Assembly: GCA_951406725.2 (NCBI GenBank) | Contig: OX597818.1 | Span: forward strand, 129,766,001-129,830,000 | Direction of reading: 5' to 3' | DNA: 64,000 bases | Source of the DNA: Octopus vulgaris | Lineage: Eukaryota | Part shown: positions 39,595 through 53,556 of the stretch, piece by piece | How positions within the stretch are numbered: the stretch's first letter is position 1 | Layout of the letters: every line of letters begins with the position of its first letter | Made by a program: the position numbers and the translations under genes | The notes under the pieces: model-generated | The model's database searches: none | What the model was told of the DNA's origin: nothing | The model's input: the letters and a program-made list of their open reading frames with translations, nothing else

Positions 39595-41112
39595 CACTTG
39601 ACTTAGATAAGACACATAGGCAGGGTCCTGGTTACTGGAAGCTGAACACATCTTTCACGGCATGCCAGACTTACAGGGACTGGATTAGTACAATTAGTTA
39701 AGAGAGCACTGACGAGCACCATCGTCAACAATAGATGGTGGTATGCCCTAAAGAAAATAATTAAAGCAGAATTGGTTAGGTACAGTAAGGCCCTAGCATT
39801 AGACCAAAATAGAACAGAGGGAGACCTAGTTAAGAAATTAGAAGAGGCACTTAGAATTGGCATCACGTCCAACGTACTGGTAGTGACAATGACCCTTGAC
39901 CAATACTGCAATGCCAAACATGAAGGATGCATTGTCAGAGCTAGGATGCATGCTCTGAGGAACAAAGGAGTTGGAGCTGCCTGAGAGGCCCAAGTGGCAG
40001 AAGCACAACGAGGCAACAATGCCACCATTAGGTCTCTGACAGATGAACAGGGGCATGATAATTCGAGCCTGAAAGGATGTGTGAGGCCTTTCAACAACAC
40101 TTTGCCTGAATGTTCGTGATAACTGGTGGGTCAGAACGCAGAGTGGACTTTAGTGCCTACCTGCATAGCCTATCATGACTCTTCACAAGACAGGTAGAGC
40201 GTTGTGAAAGACCCGTCACAGCCGCTGACATACAGGATACAATGGCAGGCTGCACGGGAGACAAGTTGCCAGGCTTGGATGGTCTGCACTACAAACTTTA
40301 TTGTCATATGGCAGACTCATAGACAGAGTAGTTAAGGAACCTGGCATGGGTGGGGCACTGATCAATTTGGATCAATCAAAAGCTTTCGATAGGGTACACC
40401 ATCACTACTTGGAGGCTATCCTTATGGTAGCTGGTTTTGGTCCTGTCTTCCACAGTTGGATCATTGCCTTATACAGTGGAATCCACTTGGTAGTTCATGT
40501 AAATGGTCATTTGTCCAGACCATTTAAAATCACGCATTCTGTTCCTCAAGGATGCCCCCTCTCGTTGCTTCTGTATGTATTGACTCTTGAGCCACTACTG
40601 TGGAAGCTAGTGATGCTGAGGGGCATCCAGCGAGAGCTGGGATGCAGGAGGAGCATGTCTGCATATGCAGATGACGTCACCGTCATAGTGTCCAGTCACA
40701 GGCCTATCGACCTGGTCAGCGAGACACTAAAAGAAAGCAAAGCAGTAACGGGAGCAAAAATTAACCAGGAAAAGTCAGTGGGCTTGTGGGTTGGCACCAG
40801 AAGAAATAAGCCCATATCATTCAACAGCGTCTCCATCATGAGATGCTGGACAAATGGACTGGTTAAATTGCTCAGAGTGTGGGTTGGTCTGAACCTCAAA
40901 ATGGAGAAGAAGTGGGGTGAGATAACGACTAGGTTGGCCACTCTCACCCAGCAATAAGCTGAGAGGAAGCTATATCTAAAAGTTGGACGGAGGTGGTAAA
41001 CGCGTACATTGCATCTGTCATCAATTACTGTCTGACTGCCGTGCCTTGTCTCAACCCTACCATCACCAAACTGGAATGCATATTCGTTTGCTTTTTGTGG
41101 AAGGGAAGCATT
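39595..41112 (+). pseudogene. Decayed L1/Tx1-clade LINE ORF2 (linker and reverse transcriptase)
   Basis: GPGYWKLNTS (39624), PGLDGL, LINLDQSKAFDRV, QGCPLS and YADD in ORF 40301-40957; stops, frameshifts and an apparent internal deletion near 40300. Confidence 0.9.
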
Positions 41113-41158
41113 CTTATATATCACTAAGAAGTAGTTATATTTATATATGTGGGGAAAG

Positions 41159-41258
41159 TAGACCTGAAGATTGGGAGTGCGTAAATATAATGAGTTTTTG
41201 AATGAGACTTTGTGTCTTAACAATACCATATGTACCCTCATGAAACACGTGTAGTCTG
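41159..41258 (+). ncRNA. Type-I hammerhead ribozyme motif, best preserved in the window, inside a ~270-bp element (41115-41390) ending in (TA)n
   Basis: TAGAC-CTGAAGA-T-TGGGAGTGCG-(~49 nt)-TGTACCCTCA-T-GAAA-CACGTG-TA-GTCTG: stem I pairs, stem II 9/10 counting G-U, palindromic ACACGTGT stem III, GTA triplet. Confidence 0.72.
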
Positions 41259-41382
41259 TAATATGGAAAATTTTGGGATTATGAATATAAATAGTAAGTA
41301 TAATATTTAATATTTTATGGCTTGGTTGAGTTAATATCATTTGGAGTTGATGAATTTGTGGGTGTTTCTATCTCTAACACTA

Positions 41383-41420
<38 letters not shown>

Positions 41421-41423
41421 CTT

Positions 41424-41470
<47 letters not shown>

Positions 41471-41670
41471 CTTATACATATATATACATATATGTAAACA
41501 CACACATACACACACATATAGAAAAGAAAAGAAACCATGGTTTTTGCCTTTAAATTACTTACTACTGTATAGATTATAGCTAGGACTATACATAGTAAGG
41601 TAATACACCAGGAGTGCCTACAGATACATCTATCTCTTAGAAGGTTGTATAACCTCTAACTTATATTTTG

Positions 41671-41722
<52 letters not shown>

Positions 41723-41762
41723 TATATATATACATACATGCATACATACATATATATATATA

Positions 41763-42060
41763 GGTGCAAGAGTGGCCGTGTGATAAGTAGCTTGCTTACC
41801 AGCCACATGGTTCTGGGTTCAATCCCATTGCCTGGTACCTTGGATTTGGTAGATGGAAACTGAAAGAAGCCTGTTGTATGTGTGTATATATATATATATA
41901 TGTTTGTGTGTCAGTGTTTGTCCCTCCACCATCGCTTGACAACTGATGTTGGTGTGTTTACGTCCCCATAACTTAGCAGTTCAGCAAAAGAAACCGATAC
42001 AATAAGTACTAGACTTACAAAGAATAAATCCTGGGGTCGATTTCTTTGACTAAAGGTAGT
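41763..42060 (+). mobile_element. SINE family A with internal deletion
   Basis: Head and body match, segment after CCTTGG missing. Confidence 0.82.
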
Positions 42061-42069
42061 GTATGAGCA

Positions 42070-42560
42070 AATGGAATATGAAGTATTTTTTTGAACAACA
42101 AAAGACACAAATGGAAAACAAGACAAGCAACATAAAGAACGACCCTTCATCAGTTGTTGGTTGTTTTGCTACTCTTGTATTTTGAGCATTTAACAACAAG
42201 ATATGCTTTCAATAAAATAGTTGCTCCTGCAAAGCAAATTAAATAAAATTTGGGATTTTGCAGAGGGTCAAAACTGGTAACACAAACAGGACAGTAAAAA
42301 TAAACAGAAAGGGCTGCTAAGCCAAAACAAGGTTGTGGTGGCAAACGCATAAATCAAGCTTGGACAGGAGGCAGACAAGAACACGTTTTCCTTGATCTGG
42401 CTACAATGGAGTGAAAGAAAAAAACACAAGTTAGGAGAAGAAAGATGGCCGATGGTCACGTGGGATCCACGTGAGCAAGGTAGAAAGAGTGAGCGAGAGA
42501 GAGTGACAGAGAACTGTGAAAGGGAGAGGAAAAAATTGGAGATAGGATAAGTGAGAAAAG
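42070..42560 (-). mobile_element. Penelope-like non-coding element related to 55760-55950
   Basis: Shared TTTTTT(G)AACAAC...ACAAGACAA...CCCTTCATCAG (minus-strand CTGATGAAGGG). Confidence 0.45.
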
Positions 42561-42663
42561 TAATGTATTTACATGTAGTTAAGTATATGTCCAGACAGAG
42601 TGGCCAATGGTTTTGCATCCACAGAGGGCGTAGCCCCATGGATGATTCGTCAGACTCAATATA

Positions 42664-42737
<74 letters not shown>

Positions 42738-42745
42738 TTATATAC

Positions 42746-42930
42746 TTTATTTGCTGGATAACCAAGCTACCATTTGTTTCATGTTAAAGAAGATAGCTTT
42801 CTTACCATGAAACCAATGGTAGCCTGGTTAATCTACAAATAAAAAATATATATTCACCAATGTAGTGTTGAGTACTCATCACTACTATACGATATTAATG
42901 TACTGGTTATACATAAATAAATATGAGTGT
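42746..42930 (+). mobile_element. Fold-back element (imperfect ~47-bp arms, 42746-42843) with a hammerhead 3' half
   Basis: Right arm reads T-GAAA-CC-aat-GG-TA (42808-42821); TTGAGTACTC downstream. Confidence 0.55.
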
Positions 42931-44040
42931 ATAACACACACACACACACACACACATACATTCATACATACATCATCATCATTTAATGTCCGTGTTCCAT
43001 GTTAGCATGGGTGGGATGGTATCACAAGAGCTGGCCAGGCTGAAACCTGCAGCAGACTTATGTGATTGTTTTGGCACTGTGTGATAGTTGTAAAAGGATT
43101 ATCACAGTCATACTAGCAGTGCCATTAATTTCCAATATTTAGCAAAAGCATGGGGAAATATCTCCTTGCTTGGAAACAGGTGAGGGTTGGCAACAGGAAG
43201 TGCATCCAGCCATAGAAAATCTGCCTCAGTAAACTGCCTGACCCATGCAAGTATGGAAAAGTGAATGTTAAAATGATGATGATCTTTCTCATCGTTCTAA
43301 ATTCATTTTCCATGTATATATATCATTATCATCATCATCATCATTGTTTAACATCCACCTTCGATGCTGGCGTAAGTGGGATGGTTTACCAGGAGGTGAC
43401 CAGGCAGGAGCCTGCACCAGACTTCTGTGACTGTTTTGGCAGGATTATTATAACTGGATGCACTTCCTAACACCAACAACTCAGCAGAGTGGACTTAGTG
43501 CTTTTTACATGGCACATGCACAGGCAAGGTCAGTTTTGGCAAGGTTTTTACAGCTGGATACTCTTCCGTACACCAACCACTTTATAGTGAGGGCTGGATG
43601 CTTTTTAAGTAGCACCTGCACTGACAGGGTTACCAAGTAACTTGCAAGACAAAAATCATTTGTGAGGAGAGGGGACATTGCAGGAAGTGACCTTGTATCA
43701 GATGATGAAAGGTTATAGTGAGACAGAAAGACAGAAACAGGTGTCTTGCTGTAAAGGATGTACAAGGTTATCCAGCCAGATAGAGACAGACAGATATATA
43801 TATATAGAGAGAGAGATTGAGAGAGATCAAGAATGAAGACTGAAACAGGTGTGCTGTTTGCAAGGAGATACATAGTTACCCAACCTGAGGGAAATGCAGG
43901 AGGAGGAGGAAATAGTGAGAGAGTGGGAGATAGCAGGATATAGATGGTGCCAGGCATACTCCCAACGATGTAATCATCATCAACATCGTCTTATATCCAT
44001 TTTAAACACACACACTCACACATACATTAAATGTATATTA

Positions 44041-44456
44041 CTCTTTACTCTTTTACTCTTTTACTTGTTTCAGTCATTTGACTGCGGCCATGCTGGAGCA
44101 CCACCTTTAGTCGAGCAAATCGACCCTGGGACTTATTCTTTGTAAGCCCAATACTTATTCTATCGGTCTCTTTTGCCGAACCGCTAAGTGACGGGGACGT
44201 AAACACACCAGTATCGGTTGTCAAGCAATGCTAGAGGGACAAACACAGACACACAAACATATACACACACATACATATATATATACATATATACGACAGG
44301 CTTCTTTCAGTTTCCGTCTACCAAATCCACTCACAAGGCTTTGGTCGGCCCGGGGCTATAGCAGAAGACACTTGCCCAAGATGCCACGCAGTTGGACTGA
44401 ACCCGGAACCATGTGGTTGGTTAGCAAGCTACTTACCACACAGCCACTCCTGCGCC
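44041..44456 (-). mobile_element. SINE family A, full length, well preserved
   Basis: Complete reverse complement including (CTCTTTTA)n tail. Confidence 0.92.
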
Positions 44457-45444
44457 TATGTATATATGTATATATATTAAATATAAATGTATATTTAAGA
44501 TCTTATGCAATGCCCAAGAAAGGCTAAGCAAAAAATATTTAAGTACAACCATACATAGGATGTCTAATGTTTTTACAATATTTTGGGAAAGCTTTCCTTT
44601 ATCAAATATAGGATAGGAAATAATCTGTTGGATTATTGTATTCCTACTAACGAAATTGCAATAGCTTATTAAGTAATCATGTCCCCCAGCACCAATACCA
44701 CAATGTACTACTACCAATACTACAACCATCACTAGCACCATGTTGATACTACCTGTACTGCCATACCTACTGTCTACCACCACCACCACCACCACCATCA
44801 TCACAGCCAACGTATCATCACTGAGTAAATAAGAAGGCCTCTACATGGCCGCTCACTCTGCTAGAAACAGCAGCTAATTCTTCTGCAAATCACACTCTTT
44901 TAAAAAAGGAAGATATGTGATAACATAATCATCCTGAATGCATTGCATCATAGAGAAAGATGAGACAGTTACAACTAAAAAGCCTTTGGACATCTTCATT
45001 TTCCACCTTACCATCATCATCATCATAGGCCTGCTCATCACAGCTGACCTGGGGCTTAACAATTACTAACAACATCAACATCAATAATATATTGTTATTA
45101 CTATTATAACAACACCCAACACCTTTCAGCATCACCATCAAAATCAGCAACATTATTATAACCGTTGTAAGTATGCATTATCGGTTTAGCTGGATTGATC
45201 CAAGTTAAATGAACCTGCGTAACAGAGGGAACTAATTAATTCCAAGAATATTAAAAGCAATAAAGAAATTAGAATGGAATGTTCCCAACAATCAACAAAC
45301 ATATATATATATATAAAAAAAAGACAAACACAACAGCGAAGTATAAGAAAAAGAAAAACAAAAATGTTAAGTAGAATCAAAAGAAGAAGAATATATATCG
45401 CAAAAATAAACTACACACTCTCATTAAAGAACTGAGTGTACATG

Positions 45445-45930
<486 letters not shown>

Positions 45931-46914
45931 GCATACATTGAGTGGATTAATTAGTTTATTTATTCATTTATTTAAGATACTCAAATTTCTTAGAATCATT
46001 CAATCATAAGAAAAAAAGGGGGCAGAGTGGGGTGTGGTGCTGAAGGAAGTAAAACAAAAAAAAATAAGTAGCATTTCAATGAAGTGCTTGTCTGTGTTAG
46101 TTCATGTGTATCATGCATGGTTGTGGGTAGGAATAGGAGGTAGGGTGCTGAGGTAGTGAGAGAGAGAGAGAGAGAGAAATGGAAAATTGAAGGGATTGGA
46201 GAGTGAAAAAGAGAGAGGGGGATATGTAGAGAGGCACAAGTAGTAGTAAGTAATAGTGAGAGAGAAATAGATGTGGTGAAAGAGACATAGATATGGTTGA
46301 GATGGACAGAGGTAGCAAAGGGGGGGAAGGGGGAGAGGTAGTAGGGAAGCAGGAGTATATGCATGAGAGGGCCATGAGTTAGCGAGAGATGGGGAGGAGT
46401 GATGCAGAAAGGGAATTGTTGCAATAAGAAGTAGTGTGAGGGAAATGTTGTGGGGGTGGGGGTGGGGGGCAGAGGTAGCAGTGAAGAGAAAGTGAAGGGA
46501 GGGGGGTTAGAATATGTAGAGAGAGAAGAAGCAGTGAGAAGAAGGGAAGAGGAGTGATAGACGGGAGGCAGAAGTAGTGAGGAGGAGAAGGTGGAGGGAT
46601 AGTGAAAGAGAGAAGAGGAAGATGTAAAGAGAGAGAAGAGGTGTGTGAGAGAGGTAGGGACTAAGGTAGAGAAGAAGAGAAAGTAAAGGAGTGAAAGAGA
46701 GGGATGTAGGAAGAAAGAAGTTGTGAGGGGGAGGTGAAGTAAAAGAAAGGTGGGCAGAGGCAGTGGTAAAAAGATGAAAAGAAAAGGAAAAGGAAATATA
46801 GTGAGAAATAGATGAGATAGATATAGGGGTCAGAGTTAATGTTGAGTGTGCAGAATATTCTCAACTCTCTTACAGGATATGCTAATAGCATTGGCTATTT
46901 GATTTATAGTTAAT

Positions 46915-47135
46915 CACCTGTCACCCATTAGCATGATGTTTTCTTTGGTGGTGGCACTTGCAGGATGTCCAGATCTTGGGTCATCTTCAAGACTCTCCCT
47001 TCCTCGCCTAAATTCAACTGCCCACTTTTGCAGTCGATAAATCAAGAGCATCATCACCCTATTGTAGCAACCATATCAGCATGAATGTCCTTAGGAGCTA
47101 AGGTACTTGATAACACCATGATGCCAAATTTTAAA
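46915..47135 (-). mobile_element. Mariner transposase N-terminal (HTH) remnant
   Basis: My translation: KIWHHGVIKYL...APKDIHADMVAT...QKWAVEFRRGRESLEDDPRSGHPASATTKENI. Confidence 0.85.
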
Positions 47136-48505
47136 TATGAAAGGGAAGCTGATCTCTGTCCATAGCAATAAATATGAGAAGGAGGGGAAGAAAGAAAGGA
47201 GAAAAGTTGTTGTTGAGAGAGAAATACAATGAGATAGACAGTGTGTGAAAGATAGATAGAAAGGTAATAACATCACCATAGGAAGTAACAATTAAAAATG
47301 TAGGAATTTTGAGTCCAAGTCTGTCAACACAACACAACACAGACTTCAAAAAAAAAAGATAATTGTTTTTGGTTGCTTGTGTGTATGTGTGTCTATGTGT
47401 TTCTGAATGTCTTCCAGCATAAATACAACACAGCACAAACCTTATAAAGAGACTTCCACTATGACGACAAGTTGCTGCTGTTGAGAGTGAAATTTAGTGA
47501 GAAACTGAGAGTGTGTTAAATATAAAATTAAAATTTGTTTCAAGAAAAAACAAGTTGTCATTCTTGTTGCTGAGAGAAAAATATAGCGAAGGAGGGAGGG
47601 AGAGAGAGAGAGATTGTGTGTGTGTAAAAAATAGGTAGATAGGTAGACTGTTGCAGTGGCAGCTCATATATAGACACTGTGGAATTGCAGCACCAACTAT
47701 TTCCAACACAATATTATTGATAACATTCAATATAATGAGTCCTTTTTTTCTTTAATTCTTTCTTTACACTTATACATTATGTAATCCTTAAGTTTAATGT
47801 CAGTAGCCATCCCTTAGTTTAAGAAAAAAATACAAAAATCCTTGTATAGAACTGTGCGCTTTACAGTTGCAGCGGTGCAGTGTTTGGCTGTTGTGTGCAT
47901 GCTCACATGTCCAAGATAGGAAGCTTCATGTTAGGGTGAGAGATACTTCATGAATGACAGTGCCAGGTGAAAGGTAATGTTTCTTTTTGACTCTGCATGT
48001 GTTGTGCTTAATTCTTGAATGTGATTAAGTGTAGAATTAGATTATTATCCTGCTTCCAGCTTCAGTGTTGCTGTCAGGATTTGAAACATAGGGCACATTT
48101 CCACCCCTTATTTTGTGATCTAGGGGTGATTTTTGAAAAACAAGGGGGAATTTGCAGTGGTCTTCAATGAACAAATTAAACACACTACATGGCTATGGCT
48201 AAAACGTGAAATGATCAAGTTTATGTATAAATTTTCTTTTTATGCTTGTTTCCTTTTACACATTATTAAAACAATGGTTAAAAATTTTCTGAAACAGCTC
48301 CCCAAATAATTTTATCCACAAGCCACCACTGGAATGTTGTCACCATAGTAACTAATAAGACTTTCACTATATAACAGTCTACTATCAAAAGAAGGTACAT
48401 GTATGATTAACAATTTTTCTTTTTACTACCAGCACAGCAATAAGTAAAGACCTACTGTTGTTCATTTTCAAAAGAAGTCAATGAAATTGATAACATAGAG
48501 AACAT

Positions 48506-48748
48506 AGGCACAGGAGTGGGTGTGTGGTAAGTAGCTTGCTTACCAACCACATGGTTCTGGGTTCAATCCCACTGTGTGGCATCTTGGGCAAGTGTCTTCT
48601 TCTATAGCCTTTAGAAACACATAGACACACATACACACACACACAGTTTTCATCTACCAAATTTATTCACAAGGTTCTGGTTGACCCAAGGCTATAGAAG
48701 AAGACACTTGCCCAAGCATGTGGTTGGTAAGCAAGCTACTTACCAAGT

Positions 48749-48781
<33 letters not shown>

Positions 48782-48992
48782 GTGTATATGCATTTGTTAT
48801 TGTGTCCCCATAATCACTTGACAACCGAAGTTGGTGTGTTTATGTCCCTGTAACTTAGCGGTTCGGCAAGAGACCAATAGAATAAGTACTAGGCTTACAA
48901 AGAATAAGTCCTGGGGTTGATTTGCTCGACTAAAGGTCGTGCTCCAGCATGGCCACAGTCAAATGACTGAAACAAGTAAAAGTGTAAAAGAG
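48506..48992 (+). mobile_element. SINE family A with an internal inverted segment (~48643-48745)
   Basis: Head, then reverse-complement head/body pieces, then normal tail. Confidence 0.8.
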
Positions 48993-49458
48993 TATGTGTG
49001 TGTGTGTGTTTGTGTGTGTGCAGACATTAAACTCTTTTGTAAGTCTCTAAGACATTCATCAAGTATTAACAAGTGAAGGCAAAAATTTTGTCTATGTTTG
49101 ATCAAGTGTTAAAGTATAATGTGTGTGTGTGTGTTTATGCGTGCGTATGTACATGCTTATGTTTTAGCATGTCTAAGAGTACATATATGCATAGATGTAC
49201 ATTGGCTCAAAATTACATGTACACAATTAAATGTACAAAATGTTACATTTGCTCAAAATTATGCATTCATATGCATAGACAGATACACACACACATAAAC
49301 ACACACACACACACGCACGCACACATACATACTTATACTCATTCACATGCATGAAACAAATGTTTATACTCTATTCCTGGCATCGAGCACTTTTTCCTTT
49401 TGTTTATAACTGAAATTTGTATGTATATATGTATACATATGTATGTGTATATGTGTGT

Positions 49459-49496
<38 letters not shown>

Positions 49497-49502
49497 ATAT
49501 AT

Positions 49503-49668
<166 letters not shown>

Positions 49669-50128
49669 GTATGTCAGTGAGTGTGTGTGTATATATGTAT
49701 ATATGTATGTGTGTGTGTGTGTGTGCATGTGTGTGTGAGAGGATACATTAATACATGAAACTATTACATAAATATGCAAGAATTACATTAAGTTTTAATG
49801 AGCAAATAGAAAAACACACTTTGCTAAAAGTCTTGATGCTGTTTGATCATGTGCTAAAGTATATGTTTGAATGTGTGTTTGGGTTTAATACATATGCGTG
49901 AACTTGTGCATGAGTATATGTTTTATGTAGAAGTGTGTGTATATATATACACACATATATATACATATATATATATATAAATGCTGGTATGAGTGTTTAT
50001 AAAAGTGGATCTAAGCAGAAATAAATACATGAACCTGTGTAAATGAATGCATATATACATGTGATGGTGTACGAGAAGGCATATGTGATATGGCTGTACA
50101 TTTCTTGTGATTATTTAGGTGCATGATA

Positions 50129-50159
<31 letters not shown>

Positions 50160-50264
50160 GCATGCATATGTGTGTATGTGCTTATGTGTGTGTATGTACA
50201 TGCATATACACAAACTGACAAAGAGCAAAGGATATACACATGTATATGCTTAAACAAAGCATGC

Positions 50265-50295
<31 letters not shown>

Positions 50296-52340
50296 CATAC
50301 TTACATAATGCATATATATATAGTTGCATGCACATACTTAACATAATGCACACACACACACATATATATATATATACACAATACATACATATGCATATGC
50401 ATGCTTATATATATATATATATATGTATATATATCTTTTCTCATTGTATCCTTTCTGTTCAACCCTTGATACATACATACATATATATATATATATACAT
50501 ATATATATATGTGTATATACATAGATATATATGTAAACATACATGCATATACATATATGTACATACACATATAAAGGTATGCATACAGACATATGTATGT
50601 ATACATACAGACATATATATGTGTACATACACACATCTATATGTATACATACATACACACACATACACATGCACAAACACACACACACACACACACATAT
50701 GTGTGCCTGTGTTTGGGTGGGTGTGTAAAATCTTATGTAAGTCATACAAGAACTACATAAAGTTTTTCCAATTGCATGCAGAAACACACCTTGTGAAAAA
50801 TCTCGTCTCCATTTGATGTAGCACAACATATGCAAGTCTATGTTTCAGTGTGCATGCGTATACACATGTGAACGCATGCATGTGTGTGCAAAAGTGCTGC
50901 CGTGTGATAATGAGTGGATTGTGAATCTTTATTTCATTTAGTCTTGTCTAGCATGGAATTATTTTGTTTCTTCAGTGTTGGTAAAAATTTATCAAAACAA
51001 AAAAAAATACAAGAAATTAAAAAAAAAAAAAAAATCAATCATTGGAAATTTCTGGAACTAAAATTACATTCTTCAATAGTTTAAATTTGTCTCAAAAATG
51101 TCAAAATTTTTCTTCTGCCCATCACCTGTCACCACCCATCTTATTTTTCACCTGTTTAATATAATTTTCTTCTAGTTTGCTTTCTGATCGAGCAGTGTGA
51201 TTACTAAATCATTGCTTATTGTTGTTTTGATGCTTTTTTTATGCATTTCTTGTTATTGTTATTTTCCTCCTCTTGACTTTTAAATATTTTTTAATGTATA
51301 TTTTTTATTTTTATTATTTTACTATTTAGTTGTGTTAAAAACAAAACAAAAGAAAAAAAAAACAAACAACAACGAAAACAAATGAAACAAGAACAGCGGT
51401 GACAGTAACAACAACAACAACAACAACCATAAAAATAAACTTTTGTTTCAGCCTGTTTTAATCTTTCATACAATGAAAGAAATGTTAATTTTAATGGAAT
51501 AAATTTAATTCAGGTAAGTGAGTAATTAGGTTATTAAAAATTATACAACACACACACACACATTCTCTCTCGCTCTCTAAGTCTCTCTATGTCTATCTAT
51601 CTAATTCTCTCCCTCCATCTTCACCACCATCACTACTGAAATACAGATTTACATACAGATAGATACATACATATTCATCTGAAACTAACGAACGAACAAG
51701 TTTGCGAATTACCTTTCACTTTCACCTACAGTTTCATAGCAAGTAATAATGCATTGAATAATTATGTGTTGCTAAATGATGATAGTTAAGTGACTTATAG
51801 GTGGTAAAGTATTGGTTCCTCTCTATCGAAGACACCATTTCTAACCCTAATTACACATAGTTAGTGACTCAGTTATTATTCAAATATATTGATACAACTT
51901 TCTGTTTTTGGTTGTTTTTATTTCTTTGTCTTGTGTTTCTTCTTGCTGGCTTTTGTTTATTAGTTGCTGTTGTTGTTTATTCCTCGGACAGCTCGAACTG
52001 AGTAGACCTATGGTCAAAAGTCAATCTGAGGAAAATTTGGCTGCTATTTTTAGAAAGATGAACGACCACATATAGGCTTCACTGGATTGTTTCACATAAA
52101 GAAATGATTGAGGTGGTCACAAATAGTTATTTTCACCAACTATACACCACCTGAGAAGAAATGGTGTGTGGTTGATGAAAGTATACAAAAAAAATTAATA
52201 CAAATTTGCTGTAGGTCAGATACTGTATGAAGGTAGCTAAGTTAAAGGAAAAGAAAGTTCAAACAAAACATATTTTTATCTAAATACATAGGAAAGATCA
52301 AGTAAGTCATAGAAAGTCTAGGTATACCGAGGGAGGAAAG

Positions 52341-52970
52341 TTCAAGTAAGCTGAGGTAATATCTGATAAGCCATGGTAATATCTGATAAGCCAAAGTGAT
52401 ATCTGATAAGCCAAGGTAAGTTCAGGTAAGATAAGGTAAGCTAAGATAAGAACAGGTATGCCAAAGTAAGAACAGGCAACCTAAGGTGGATTTAGATAAA
52501 CCAAAGTAAGTTCAAGTAAGATAAAGGAAGCCAAGGTAAGTTCTGGTAAGATCAAGTAAGCCAAGGTTAGCTCAGGTAAGATCAGTTAAGCCAAGGTAAG
52601 TTCAGTTAAACCAAGAGCAGGTAAGCCAAGGTAAGTTCAGGTAAGATCAGTTAAGCCAAGGTAAGTTCAGTTAAACCAAGAGCAGGTAAGCTAAGGTAAG
52701 TTCAGGTAAGTCTAGGTAAGTTCAGGTAAGTCAAGGTAAGTTCAGGTAAATCAAGGTAAATTCAGGTAAGTCAAGGTAAGTTCAAGTAAATCAAGGTAAA
52801 TTCAGGTAAGTCAAGGTAAGTTCAGGTAAATCAAGGTAAATTCAGGTAATTCAAGGTAAGTTCAGGTAATCCAAGATATGTTCAGATAAGTCAAGGTAAG
52901 ATCAGGTAAGCCAAGATAAGATCAGGAAAGCCAGGTACAATCAGGAAAACCAAGGTAAATTTTAGGTGAG
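52341..52970 (+). repeat. 10-bp minisatellite (TTCAGGTAAG / YCAAGGTAAG, 20-bp higher-order unit)
   Basis: About 60 units, most in register with the 10-base blocks. Confidence 0.95.
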
Positions 52971-53067
52971 CTGCTAGCATGCTGCCTTAAGGGCAAGGGC
53001 AATAATATTGATAATTATCATGATTATAAAAGATAAAGGTGATGATTAAAATAACAATGAGGACATA

Positions 53068-53235
53068 GGCACAGGAGTGGCTGTGTGGTAAGTAGTTTGC
53101 TTACCAACCACATGGTTATGGGTTCAGTCCCACTGTGTGGCATCTTGGGCAAGTGTCTTCTTATAGCCTTGGGTCAACCAAAATCTTGTGAGTGGATTTG
53201 GTAGATGGAAACTGAAAGAAGCCCATCATGTATTC

Positions 53236-53279
<44 letters not shown>

Positions 53280-53515
53280 GATGGGCTTCTTTCAGTTTCC
53301 GTCTACCAAATCCACTCACAAGATATATATATATATGTATGTATGTGCATTTGTATTTGTGCCACCACCATCACTTAACAACTAAAGTTGGTGTGTTTAC
53401 GTCCCAGTAACTTAGTACTAGACTTATAAAGAATAAGTCCTGGGGTCAATTTGTTTGACTAAAGGTGGTGCTCCAGTATGGCCACAGTCAAATGACTAAA
53501 ACAAATAAAAGAATA
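53068..53515 (+). mobile_element. SINE family A with a local fold-back duplication around its (TA)n
   Basis: 53183-53227 is inverted at 53280-53324. Confidence 0.85.
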
Positions 53516-53523
53516 ATTGTGAT

Positions 53524-53556
<33 letters not shown>

